DNA of 64,000 bases from a virus (Duplodnaviria > Caudoviricetes): the IMG/VR virus record IMGVR_UViG_3300031418_000007; one strand, given 5' to 3'. Below, one piece after another: positions 18,527-27,854 of this stretch; position 1 is the first letter of the stretch, and each line of letters begins with the position of its first letter. The notes under the pieces were generated by a model that saw nothing but the letters and a program-made list of their open reading frames with translations, was not told the origin of the DNA and made no database searches. Both the position numbers and the translations under genes were made by a program.

Positions 18527-20148
18527 GATTTCAATCCACTTGTTGCAGCTTTCAACAAGAACACCACTGGCTCGGATAGCGGGTCATACAAGAACTCACC
18601 GCTGCCGTCGATGTAATAGTCACGACGACTGAATAACTGCCTTACCTCTTCCTTGCTCTCTTCCGTACACAAGCCGTTACAACCTAACTGGTCACCATCG
18701 TGGTCACCATCCAGTCCCGAGATACGGGTGGGGTCAACGGACAACGAGTCAAAGAAGTCGACCCGTTCTGCTTTGTGGGGATAGTTGTTAACCTTGGTGA
18801 TTACTTCACCATAAGGCGAAACAATAAGGCGGGACTTCGCACCTTGAATCGTCTTTAAATTAACGTAGCTTGGATAGATAGAGCCGATACCGATAATGGG
18901 GTAACGTGTCTGCTGTATCATGTTGGAAACAATGGCGTCATGACAGTAAATATAGAAGAGCTCCACGTAGGTCAGTGGAGTAACGTATTTACGATCACGA
19001 TCTGCCGGTAATTCTTCAATATCAAACAACACCATAACTTCCTTGCCGTCATCATAGACCAGGGCGAGGTAGCATTTATTAATGGTGATGGGTTTGAAAC
19101 GAAGGTCTTGAGCTTTGAAGCCGTTGAAGAGTTTCACCAAACCTTCTACTGTGGTCCACTTATCGATCACCGCAGGGTTCAGTTCTTCATAGGTATAACT
19201 CAAGGTTTTCGGATCGATCAACTTGACGTTGTTGGATCCCAGAGTAAACACGTGCTCAATAAAGTTCTTCATGAGAGAGTGAATACAGGAATACTGGAAG
19301 TTCATCAAACCCTGATACAAGCCAATGTCTGATGAGTTAGGGTTTACACCGTCGTCTTCATCCAGGTCACTACGTGATACTTTTCGCGCCGTCAGAATGT
19401 TACGTACACCGCCAACCACACCACGGGTTGCTAACTTGCCTTGAAGAATACCACCCTTGCCATCCAGCGTGTCAAAGAGATAGTCATCAATAGTGTTAAC
19501 CGCACTTTGAATACCCCAGCGTACGTTGTCATACAGCGGGTTAGTTTCATCGCCAGCAGGAATATTTTGAACCGCACGCGTTTTAAACATCAACTTACGG
19601 TAGAGTTCGTTGATCTCGGGTTCAGTGACTTTGGTAGAATCGCCAGAAGGGGTAAACTCGACGTCTCGCAGTCCAGCAGGAATAACCAACATGCGAGTGT
19701 GAAGAGCGTAGTCGAATTTCTCTTTTACAATGGTGATACGTTGCTTACGGCGGGACGAGGCATTCTCTTTCGGATCCAGTTCACCGAAGTGTTGCATAAA
19801 GAAAGCGAAACCCGTTTCACCGTCCAGGATGTTGGATTTTATGAAGTCTTTCTCGCCAGCGTCCCATACGGCATATGTCGCTCCTTTGATAATCCCTAAG
19901 TAAAGGGATTTAAGCTTAACCAGAGCATCAAAGTACGTGGGGTTAAAGATAGGTAAGTAGGTTCTGATAAACGCTTCCGTTGTGTCACGTTTATCAGTGC
20001 CTACCCGCCCGAAGATTTCCACAGAGTACAATCCATCAGGATTCAGGTTCTGTGTCATCCCTTCAAAGCTGTCCGTGGACGATACCTCTCCGTACAGTCC
20101 GGGAACGATGCTTTTCGGGTCTAATAAAGACACGTTAGTGGGTTTCAT
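18523..20148 (-). CDS. rpoC: Virion RNA polymerase beta-prime subunit, N-terminal part with catalytic motif (phiKZ gp180-like)
   Basis: Motifs GLYSVEIFG, VIPAGLRD, INELYRKLM, LDGKGG, TRYP and the catalytic DGDHDGDQ (a variant of NADFDGDQ). Confidence 0.92.
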   Translation of the reverse strand: MKPTNVSLLDPKSIVPGLYGEVSSTDSFEGMTQNLNPDGLYSVEIFGRVGTDKRDTTEAFIRTYLPIFNPTYFDALVKLKSLYLGIIKGATYAVWDAGEKDFIKSNILDGETGFAFFMQHFGELDPKENASSRRKQRITIVKEKFDYALHTRMLVIPAGLRDVEFTPSGDSTKVTEPEINELYRKLMFKTRAVQNIPAGDETNPLYDNVRWGIQSAVNTIDDYLFDTLDGKGGILQGKLATRGVVGGVRNILTARKVSRSDLDEDDGVNPNSSDIGLYQGLMNFQYSCIHSLMKNFIEHVFTLGSNNVKLIDPKTLSYTYEELNPAVIDKWTTVEGLVKLFNGFKAQDLRFKPITINKCYLALVYDDGKEVMVLFDIEELPADRDRKYVTPLTYVELFYIYCHDAIVSNMIQQTRYPIIGIGSIYPSYVNLKTIQGAKSRLIVSPYGEVITKVNNYPHKAERVDFFDSLSVDPTRISGLDGDHDGDQLGCNGLCTEESKEEVRQLFSRRDYYIDGSGEFLYDPLSEPVVFLLKAATSGLKS

Positions 20149-20172
20149 TAAAAACTCCTAAGAGGTTTTAGT

Positions 20173-23100
20173 ATGAGTGATAATTTTGAGTTTGACGACC
20201 CCTTTGATGGAGATCTTAATTTCGATTCTGACTTTGATTCTGGTAAAAAAGGGTCCAAGTTAAAATCGTTCGCCATAGGATTTCTGGGTGGGGCAAAAGA
20301 TGCACTCGTCGGTAGCACAGATGCGAAACTGAAAACAGTTAAAATGGCACTTCCCGAGTCGTTTAACGGGACGTTTCAATTCATCAATGACACACGACGA
20401 ATCTACTCAGATATCAAGGAAGAAGTCAAAAAGGGTACTGCGGACTCGATGAGAGACTTGCAGTACCTGGTGGGTCAGAAAGAGGACGCTATAAAGTCTA
20501 AGCTTCCTAGTAGCCTGTCTAACAAAATTGACGAGTTCTCGAAATACGACTTCTCTAACTGGGATAACAGTAGTTCGAGTGGCTCAAGTGACAAAGATGG
20601 GATGGAACAAACATCCGATCAAGACGTCACCGATGTGGTAGAGGCTACACGCGCCAGCAGCATGATGACGATGACCGGACTCCGCTCATTGGGTCGTGAG
20701 ATCACTGACGCGTTAATAGTCACAGGTGGAGCGCAGAACGCCAACTTGCAGGGTATCGCAGTAGGTATTGCCAAAACCAACGGCTACTTGAAACAGATGG
20801 TGGATTATCAGGTCAAAGTGCAGTCGCGCAATGACGCAATGAAAATCAACCTCCTTGCCCGTATCCATCTCACCAATGCCAAGTTCTACAAATTCATGGA
20901 AGCGGCTAACCATCGGTTAATCACTGAAGTGAAGGATGTGGCGAAGTTCAGCAGAATGCCTGACTTCCAGAAGATGTCCATGGGTGATGAAGTTCGTAAA
21001 CGCATCCGGGGTTCTTTCTTTAATACCATGCGTGGTGGTGCCGGCGGGATCATGGGACTCATCAATGACCGCGTGGGTGCAGCAGCCCGTCAAAACGGTT
21101 ATTACGGTTTAAACAATCTCACCAGCCAGTTATCCATGGTGGGGGGAATGACCGACGGGATGAGCTCACGTGACTTGTCTGAGATGATGGGGAGCATGGT
21201 AGGTGGCAGCATGATTGATGCTTTACCTCGCCTGTTAAAAGGCAAAGGTGGGGACAAACTGCGTGCCCGTTTCGCCAAAGCTTTCCCAGAGTTCTCCAAG
21301 AAGGTAGGGGGGCAGTACGACAAGCTCAACACCATGGGTCATCAGATGTCGTACGGTCTGAATAACCTGGAGGGTTTGTTCAACACGCTGAGCGCTAACT
21401 ATCAGGGCGGTAGCCTGTTTGGTGACGATGACGAGACGCAGACTTATGCGGACTACAAGGCGTCATTGCCGCAGGGTGAAAAGCCCGTGCCTGAGTTCGT
21501 GTGGAAATCACAACGCTGGCTGAAGAAGAACGCGAACAAAGGTTTAGGGGTCGTACTGGATAACACGTACGGTTCCAACAAAACCAAGTATGACCTCAAA
21601 GGCCGTACTTACGCGGACGGTGCTGAAGCCCACGTCTATACCCGTCAAACCGACCGCAGTATCAATGAGATCTTCCCTGCCTGGTTCTCTCGTATTCACC
21701 TCTCCTTAGAGAAAATGCGTACCGGCAATAACAACCTGCAACCAGAAACCTACGACTGGACTAAAGGCAAGTTCATCACGGCCAAAGGTGCCAAGGCTAT
21801 GGCGCTGCGTGAGGTCTACGGATCTCAGGTGTTGGGAAGTGCGGTGTACAGTTCCAAAGCAGCGGCTGATGTAGTAGATGAAAAGGGTGTGTTAACTGAC
21901 AAAGCCAAACAGGAGTTAGGTTTCCAGTTAGCCAAAAAGTCTGATTCTGGTATGGGGTTCTCACCGTATCATTTATTAAACCTGGAGAAGGATGGGGTTG
22001 ATCCCAAGATTGCTGAAGAGATCCGTGCGATGACACTGGAGAACTTCGGCATCTCGCCTGAACAGATTGATCGTTTCCAAAACGGTAACGATGCAGACCG
22101 TGCTAAGTTGTTGGCGGTAATGACAGGTAAAGGTGCAGCACTGGCCAACAAAGCCCTGCCATTTGTCCAGGATATCAAACGTGGTATCTATGACACCAAC
22201 GACAACATCGATCGGTTACGTAACTCAGGTCACTACCAGGCGTTGCGTGATGCTGGCGTCATCATCACTAGGAATGGGCGCGAAGAGATTGATGATGAGA
22301 AAATGTGGAAGATGTTCCGCATGCAGCAAACCGACGAGAACTTCGACAAGAAGCTGCGCGGAGAGCAAGAAAAAGGTTATGACGTTGAACAAGGTGAAAC
22401 CGTTAACCAACGCGGCGGTGTTACCAACAACAACGTTAATAACAACTTCGGCGACCTCACCACAACCTTAACTGAACTCAACCAAACCATTAAGAATGGT
22501 TCAGGTGGTGTCAGCGGGGGCGGTGTTAACTATTCCCAGAGCTTGAGCATGGTCAATACCCAGCTCGATAAACTCATCGGAATACAAACCAGTCACACCG
22601 ACCTGTTCCAAAAGATCCTGGAAAAACAACCTGGGATTATCCGTCGCTCTAAACGTGAGCAGAAGGAAGAGGAGCAGGGTAAGAAATCACTGTTGGATCG
22701 TATCAAGGGTATCTCGCCTCGGAACCTGTTTAATAAAGGTGTTGAAACCTTGTTGAATAATGAGCCGTTGATCTTGGGTGGTTTGTTAGGTGGCTTGGGC
22801 GCATATGCGTTACATGATCCCAAAGCAGCAGCGCTGGTAGGTGCAGGTGGTCTGGCCATGGCGGGTTACTCCAAACTCCGTTCAATGAATGCCAACCGCT
22901 TCGCGGATACCGAAGACCTGTATGAAAACCCGGGTGATGAAGAACCGTTGCTCAGCGGCGAACGTCTGCGGAAAGGGGACTACTTCGACAGTGCCACCCG
23001 TAAGGTATTGAAAACCTGGAATGACGTGAGTTCGGCAGTGATCGATGCAGCTGGAAACGTTGTTGCCTCTGCGCGTCAGTTAGCTCAGAAACTGTTTGGT

Positions 23101-26100
23101 GTTGATGGTCGTGCGCGTCTGCTGCGTGGCTTAAACAAAATGCGTGAACTCGGCATGAAGCTGTTTAACGCAATTGACCCGTTTGGTCGTGCATCTAAAG
23201 CCGGCAAAGCAGTGATGACCCGCTTCTATCAGATGGATGTATTCCGTCAGGGTGAAAAGTCTCCTGTGCTGTTAGGCAAGAAGATGGGTAAAGGCTGGTA
23301 TTACAAGCTGGATGCCAACGGCAAAGCTGAAGAGATCAAAGGCTGGAATGAGATTGATGGCCCGGTCTATGATAAGGAAGGCGAATGCTTGATTACCCAA
23401 GATGACTACGATCGCGGTCTGGTCACCTCTATGGGTACCAACATCAACAAACTGGGTGAGTTAAGCAAACGTGCCGGAATCTTTGGTCTAGACCTGTTAG
23501 GCAAAGCCAAGGACCGTGCTGTTGCCGGTGGCAAGAAAGCCTACGACAAAACAGCCAGCATGATCAAAGCCGACTATTCTCCGATCGTGAACTCGGTGGA
23601 CCGTATCTATCATTTACTGTGCCAGAAGTTTGGTATGGAACCGCAGGACATTGGTCTGCTTGAAAAGATGGATGTGGTGAAACACCTGCAAGATCAACAC
23701 GCGCCGAAAGAAGATGAAGAAGCCAAGAAAGATGGCATTCGTCTGAACTCACTGGAAGATGAGAAACGTCAGGCCAAGGAGAAGAAATCCGAGGCGGTTC
23801 AAGACGCTATCATTAATATCAGTGATTCTCTCGGCGGTATCGCGAACAAGAAAGAAGAGAAGAAGAAACCCAAAGGTCTTCTCGGCTTGCTGTTTGGTGG
23901 TGTGGGTCTGGTTAAAGGGTTTATGGAGAAACTGTTTGGCAAAACCCTGATGAACGGTTTAGGAACACTGTTTAAGTTTGCAGGCGTGGGCTTGAAATCA
24001 CTGCCGTTGATTGGTGGCGGCATTACCAAGCTGGCAAGCTTCTTCACGGGCGGGGGTCGAGATCCAGGTGTCGAGGATCTGATCAACGAAGGTGGAGAGG
24101 GAGCAGGTTCTGGTGAGCGTGAAGGTGAAACCCGCAAAGAGCGCAAGGAACGTGAGCGCAAGAAGAAAGCCAACCGTGAACGGCGTGAACGTGAACGTGC
24201 TGATCGCTTACGTGGCGGCGGTGGTACGGATGAGGATCTTGAGCGTGATCTGCGCAACCAGGGTCGCCGTCGCCGTGTGCGTCGTGGTCGTCGCTTTGGC
24301 GGACTGCGCAATGCTGCGCGCGGACTGGGTGCGATGAATCCCCGTACTGCAATCTTGAAAGCCGGTTTGTTGTATGCCGGGGGTCAAGCAGCAGGTGAAC
24401 TGATGGACAACGACACGCTGAGTACCGCAGGGAATGTCTTGGCGGGTTATTCAGTGGCTTCTTCTCTGGCAGGGGCGGTGGGTGTTGACATCGGTGTGGG
24501 TGCATTGGCTAGCGCCGCAGGTACAGGCTTGGCTGCTGCGGGTACCGCTGCTGCAACAGTGCTGGCGTCACCGGTGGTGTTGGCAGGGTTAGCCGTTGCC
24601 GGTGCGGGTCTGGCGGGCTACGGGATCTATAAGTGGTATACCAAAGGCAAGTACCGTCAGGTTGATATTCGTTTTGCCCAATACGGTCTTGAAGATCCAG
24701 ACTGTGACTTAGGTAAAAAGATCTTCTCGATTGAACAGCTGCTGGTCAAGCACGTCGTGATCAACAACGGGTCTGCTTCTTTCTCCACGGATACACCGAT
24801 TCAACAGGTGTTCCAGTTACTGCAAGCCGGCACCGATGGCAAGCAGAACGGTGAGATGGGAGATATCTTTAGTTGGTTCAATGGTCGTTTCAAACCGGTG
24901 TTCCTGACGTACATGTCGTGTCTTGACACCTTGCGCATCAAGAGCCTGGAAGAGTTCGACAAGCTTACTGATAAGAAAGCCTATGACATCGCCTATCAGG
25001 CATCACAGGCCATTGCGGCAATTCAACCGTCTCCTTATGTGGTTACGCCGAGCATTGATCCACACGATAAGCTCATGGCGCAGGATGAAACCGTGGCAAC
25101 CGTGGGCAAATACCTTCAGGAACTCAAGAAGTATTTGAGCAGCAGCGATGACGCTACCGTCAGAGATGTTGCCTTGAAAGTAGAGAGCAAAGAGGGACTG
25201 GAGAAAGAGAAAACCGCTCTCCAGGAGAAACTCAAGAACACCAGCTTCTGGGGTCTTGATGGTAAAACTGGCTTTATGGAACAGCGCCAGGCCAAGTCTC
25301 GCCTCAAAGAGATTGATGAAGAAGTCAGTAAGATGAACGACGCTTACGGACAGGGCAAAGTTGCCGGTACTGTTGATGTCAAGGACCTGATCCCTGAAAA
25401 CGGCATTATCGATCCATTCACGTTGATTCGTTTCAACGCCTATGGTGTATCGCTGAGCTTTGGCAAAGAGTTTGGTGTGGAAACATTCCCGACGTGGAAG
25501 TTCCAGGCTATTGCTCACCTTGAACGTCGTGTCGAAGGCATGATTAAAATCATTGGTAAAGATGCACGCTTCCTGGGTAAAACCGGTGACCTCTTTAATG
25601 AGTTCAAAGCGGCCTTCCGAATCAAAGATGACAAAGCCAACGACTGGTGTCTGTGGTTCCGTGATCGCTTCCTGCCGGTGCTTATGAACTACTATAAGCT
25701 CTACAACGGATACGGTAACGGCGCGCCAGGCACGGGCTGGATGAACCTCACAGCCACGGCGAAGTATCAGATTGTTCTGGGACTTATCGACACCCGCATT
25801 GTTACACCAAAGAAAACCTTTATCCCGATCTGGAGTGTGCGCACTTCTCCGTTCAGTGAAGGTATCTCTGTAGGTAAACTGCCGGAAGTTGATAAGCTTG
25901 TTAATGCGCTGCAAGAACTGAGTAACCGGGCTAAACTCCGTAACCCTATTCTTGAAGCACAACAGACCAGTGCCAAACAGTTGGTGAACCAAACTACTGC
26001 TCACGCCGTAGGGGGTGCATCTACTGATAAACTCAGTGCGGGCGGTAATCCTCAGAACCGCAATGATCTGGCAATGGATACCCAGTTCACCATGCCACAG

Positions 26101-27807
26101 CAGAACTATGCGCCAGTGCGTGGAAATGCTGATACCAGCAAGGTCAACCTGAGTGGTGTTAAACCGTCTGCGGGCGGTAATGACACCGGCGTCAGCGTGC
26201 CGCGCAATGCGGCTGAACAGCTGATCATCAAAGAGATGTTAGCACAGGGCTTAACTGATCCACGCTTGATTGCTGAAGCGTTGGCATTAACGAACTACGA
26301 ATCACAGGGCTACTCTCAAACCACCGAGAACATGCGCTACCGTGATCCGGGTCGTTTAATGGAGCTGTTCAAAAATGTCACCGACATGGGAACGGCCCAG
26401 CAGTTAGTTCAGGCAGGTCCGCAGGCTATCGCTAACTTTGTTTACGGCGGCGGCAAGGGCGTGTCGTTGGGCAACGTCAACGAAGGCGATGGGTGGATGT
26501 ACCGTGGACGTGGATTTATCCAGTTAACGGGTCGTGCCAACTATCGTAAGTTCGGTAAGATGATCGGTGTTGATCTTGAGAAGAACCCTGAACTGGCTTC
26601 AACTGACCCACGGGTTATGGCGAAGCTGGCAGTGGCGTTTATCAAGGACAACAAACAGCTGATGTCAATTACCAGCACCAACAACTTCGGTCACGCTGCG
26701 CGCGGATTGAATGGCGGTAACGCGCTGCCGGGCATGGAGAAACGTTTTGCGATGTTCAAGGACTACCTTGCGCGTCTCAGCAACGGTTCTCTCACGGCAG
26801 ACGGTGCAGGTGACCCAGGCAACGATCTGGCAGCTAAAGGTCGGGCTGAAACGGAAGCGGCTACTGGCGGTATGGATCAACCTGCATTGCCAGCGCCGAA
26901 GCCTACAGGCAATGACGCTAGCGTTAACGTGGGTACTACACCGGTATCGATTCCACAGAACCCAGGCTTGGGTGGCGGTAAACTGCCACCGATGTCGGGC
27001 TTTGGTTTAGGTGGCGGTTCGCCTAACGGTGGAGCAGGGGCAGGTTATCAGCAAGTCGGAGACACCACGGCAGTTGCGTCGGGTAACCGCACTACTGATT
27101 ACAAAGACCTTAAGCTGAAGTCATCTGAAACCACAGGCGGTGGTCCTGTTCATCCAGGTATCGTTCGCTTGTGTCAGGAGATCCAAGCACGGGTTCAGGA
27201 CTTCATTCGCTTCACTGCGTTGAATGACGAATACCACCACAAGGCCAATCCACGGAGCAAACACGCTGTGGGTCTGGCATTGGACTTCACGGTCACAGGT
27301 GGTGTGGGTACTTCTGACTCTGCGGCAAGCATTGTCCAGCAGATCATGGCCAGTGCAGGCATGACGGCTGCGGAATACAAAGTCATCAACGAGTACCGTG
27401 TGAAAACAGCAGCCGGTACCGGCGGTCACATTCATTTCAACTTTGAAAGTGATACCGCGGCTGATAAGTACATGCGGATGGCGGGTCCAGCTTCTGCGGC
27501 TCAAATGGGTCGTGTGGCAACGGATGCAGCAACGGCGGCACCAGATGGCAATGCAGCCGCACCTGCGGCAGCGCCTCAACGTGCAGCACCTACTGCGTCT
27601 CCTGCACCACAACAGACACCAGCACCAACGCCTACAGCGGCACCAGCAGCTACGCCACAGGCGACCTCTCAGGAAGCCCCACTGGATCCACAAGTATTGG
27701 CGTCAGCCATGAAAGCGGGTTCAGGTGGTGTAGAAGAACTGTTGAAGCAGTTGATCGATGTGGTCAAGCGACAAAACACGACTACACCTTCGGTAATACC
27801 GAAATAA
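20173..27807 (+). CDS. Giant tail-associated/tape-measure-like protein with GH19 lysozyme and M15-like peptidase domains (phiKZ gp181-like)
   Basis: 2544 aa, divergent from beta-prime. GH19 motifs NYES...EN..Y and GDGWMYRGRGFIQLTGRANY; LAS-peptidase motifs SKHAVGLALDF and GHIHF. Confidence 0.85.
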   Translation: MSDNFEFDDPFDGDLNFDSDFDSGKKGSKLKSFAIGFLGGAKDALVGSTDAKLKTVKMALPESFNGTFQFINDTRRIYSDIKEEVKKGTADSMRDLQYLVGQKEDAIKSKLPSSLSNKIDEFSKYDFSNWDNSSSSGSSDKDGMEQTSDQDVTDVVEATRASSMMTMTGLRSLGREITDALIVTGGAQNANLQGIAVGIAKTNGYLKQMVDYQVKVQSRNDAMKINLLARIHLTNAKFYKFMEAANHRLITEVKDVAKFSRMPDFQKMSMGDEVRKRIRGSFFNTMRGGAGGIMGLINDRVGAAARQNGYYGLNNLTSQLSMVGGMTDGMSSRDLSEMMGSMVGGSMIDALPRLLKGKGGDKLRARFAKAFPEFSKKVGGQYDKLNTMGHQMSYGLNNLEGLFNTLSANYQGGSLFGDDDETQTYADYKASLPQGEKPVPEFVWKSQRWLKKNANKGLGVVLDNTYGSNKTKYDLKGRTYADGAEAHVYTRQTDRSINEIFPAWFSRIHLSLEKMRTGNNNLQPETYDWTKGKFITAKGAKAMALREVYGSQVLGSAVYSSKAAADVVDEKGVLTDKAKQELGFQLAKKSDSGMGFSPYHLLNLEKDGVDPKIAEEIRAMTLENFGISPEQIDRFQNGNDADRAKLLAVMTGKGAALANKALPFVQDIKRGIYDTNDNIDRLRNSGHYQALRDAGVIITRNGREEIDDEKMWKMFRMQQTDENFDKKLRGEQEKGYDVEQGETVNQRGGVTNNNVNNNFGDLTTTLTELNQTIKNGSGGVSGGGVNYSQSLSMVNTQLDKLIGIQTSHTDLFQKILEKQPGIIRRSKREQKEEEQGKKSLLDRIKGISPRNLFNKGVETLLNNEPLILGGLLGGLGAYALHDPKAAALVGAGGLAMAGYSKLRSMNANRFADTEDLYENPGDEEPLLSGERLRKGDYFDSATRKVLKTWNDVSSAVIDAAGNVVASARQLAQKLFGVDGRARLLRGLNKMRELGMKLFNAIDPFGRASKAGKAVMTRFYQMDVFRQGEKSPVLLGKKMGKGWYYKLDANGKAEEIKGWNEIDGPVYDKEGECLITQDDYDRGLVTSMGTNINKLGELSKRAGIFGLDLLGKAKDRAVAGGKKAYDKTASMIKADYSPIVNSVDRIYHLLCQKFGMEPQDIGLLEKMDVVKHLQDQHAPKEDEEAKKDGIRLNSLEDEKRQAKEKKSEAVQDAIINISDSLGGIANKKEEKKKPKGLLGLLFGGVGLVKGFMEKLFGKTLMNGLGTLFKFAGVGLKSLPLIGGGITKLASFFTGGGRDPGVEDLINEGGEGAGSGEREGETRKERKERERKKKANRERRERERADRLRGGGGTDEDLERDLRNQGRRRRVRRGRRFGGLRNAARGLGAMNPRTAILKAGLLYAGGQAAGELMDNDTLSTAGNVLAGYSVASSLAGAVGVDIGVGALASAAGTGLAAAGTAAATVLASPVVLAGLAVAGAGLAGYGIYKWYTKGKYRQVDIRFAQYGLEDPDCDLGKKIFSIEQLLVKHVVINNGSASFSTDTPIQQVFQLLQAGTDGKQNGEMGDIFSWFNGRFKPVFLTYMSCLDTLRIKSLEEFDKLTDKKAYDIAYQASQAIAAIQPSPYVVTPSIDPHDKLMAQDETVATVGKYLQELKKYLSSSDDATVRDVALKVESKEGLEKEKTALQEKLKNTSFWGLDGKTGFMEQRQAKSRLKEIDEEVSKMNDAYGQGKVAGTVDVKDLIPENGIIDPFTLIRFNAYGVSLSFGKEFGVETFPTWKFQAIAHLERRVEGMIKIIGKDARFLGKTGDLFNEFKAAFRIKDDKANDWCLWFRDRFLPVLMNYYKLYNGYGNGAPGTGWMNLTATAKYQIVLGLIDTRIVTPKKTFIPIWSVRTSPFSEGISVGKLPEVDKLVNALQELSNRAKLRNPILEAQQTSAKQLVNQTTAHAVGGASTDKLSAGGNPQNRNDLAMDTQFTMPQQNYAPVRGNADTSKVNLSGVKPSAGGNDTGVSVPRNAAEQLIIKEMLAQGLTDPRLIAEALALTNYESQGYSQTTENMRYRDPGRLMELFKNVTDMGTAQQLVQAGPQAIANFVYGGGKGVSLGNVNEGDGWMYRGRGFIQLTGRANYRKFGKMIGVDLEKNPELASTDPRVMAKLAVAFIKDNKQLMSITSTNNFGHAARGLNGGNALPGMEKRFAMFKDYLARLSNGSLTADGAGDPGNDLAAKGRAETEAATGGMDQPALPAPKPTGNDASVNVGTTPVSIPQNPGLGGGKLPPMSGFGLGGGSPNGGAGAGYQQVGDTTAVASGNRTTDYKDLKLKSSETTGGGPVHPGIVRLCQEIQARVQDFIRFTALNDEYHHKANPRSKHAVGLALDFTVTGGVGTSDSAASIVQQIMASAGMTAAEYKVINEYRVKTAAGTGGHIHFNFESDTAADKYMRMAGPASAAQMGRVATDAATAAPDGNAAAPAAAPQRAAPTASPAPQQTPAPTPTAAPAATPQATSQEAPLDPQVLASAMKAGSGGVEELLKQLIDVVKRQNTTTPSVIPK

Positions 27808-27854
27808 AAAACGGGTGGGGTGAAATATCCCCACCTTTTTCTTTGGAGTTAAAC

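Noticed and set aside
14156-20148. Possible intron or intein in the RNAP subunit genes
   Set aside because: Both ORFs are uninterrupted, have sizes expected for phiKZ gp178/gp180-like subunits, and show no intein or homing endonuclease motifs.
27541-27700. Repetitive Pro/Ala/Thr-coding tract
   Set aside because: Low-complexity protein linker, not a DNA tandem repeat or variable cassette.
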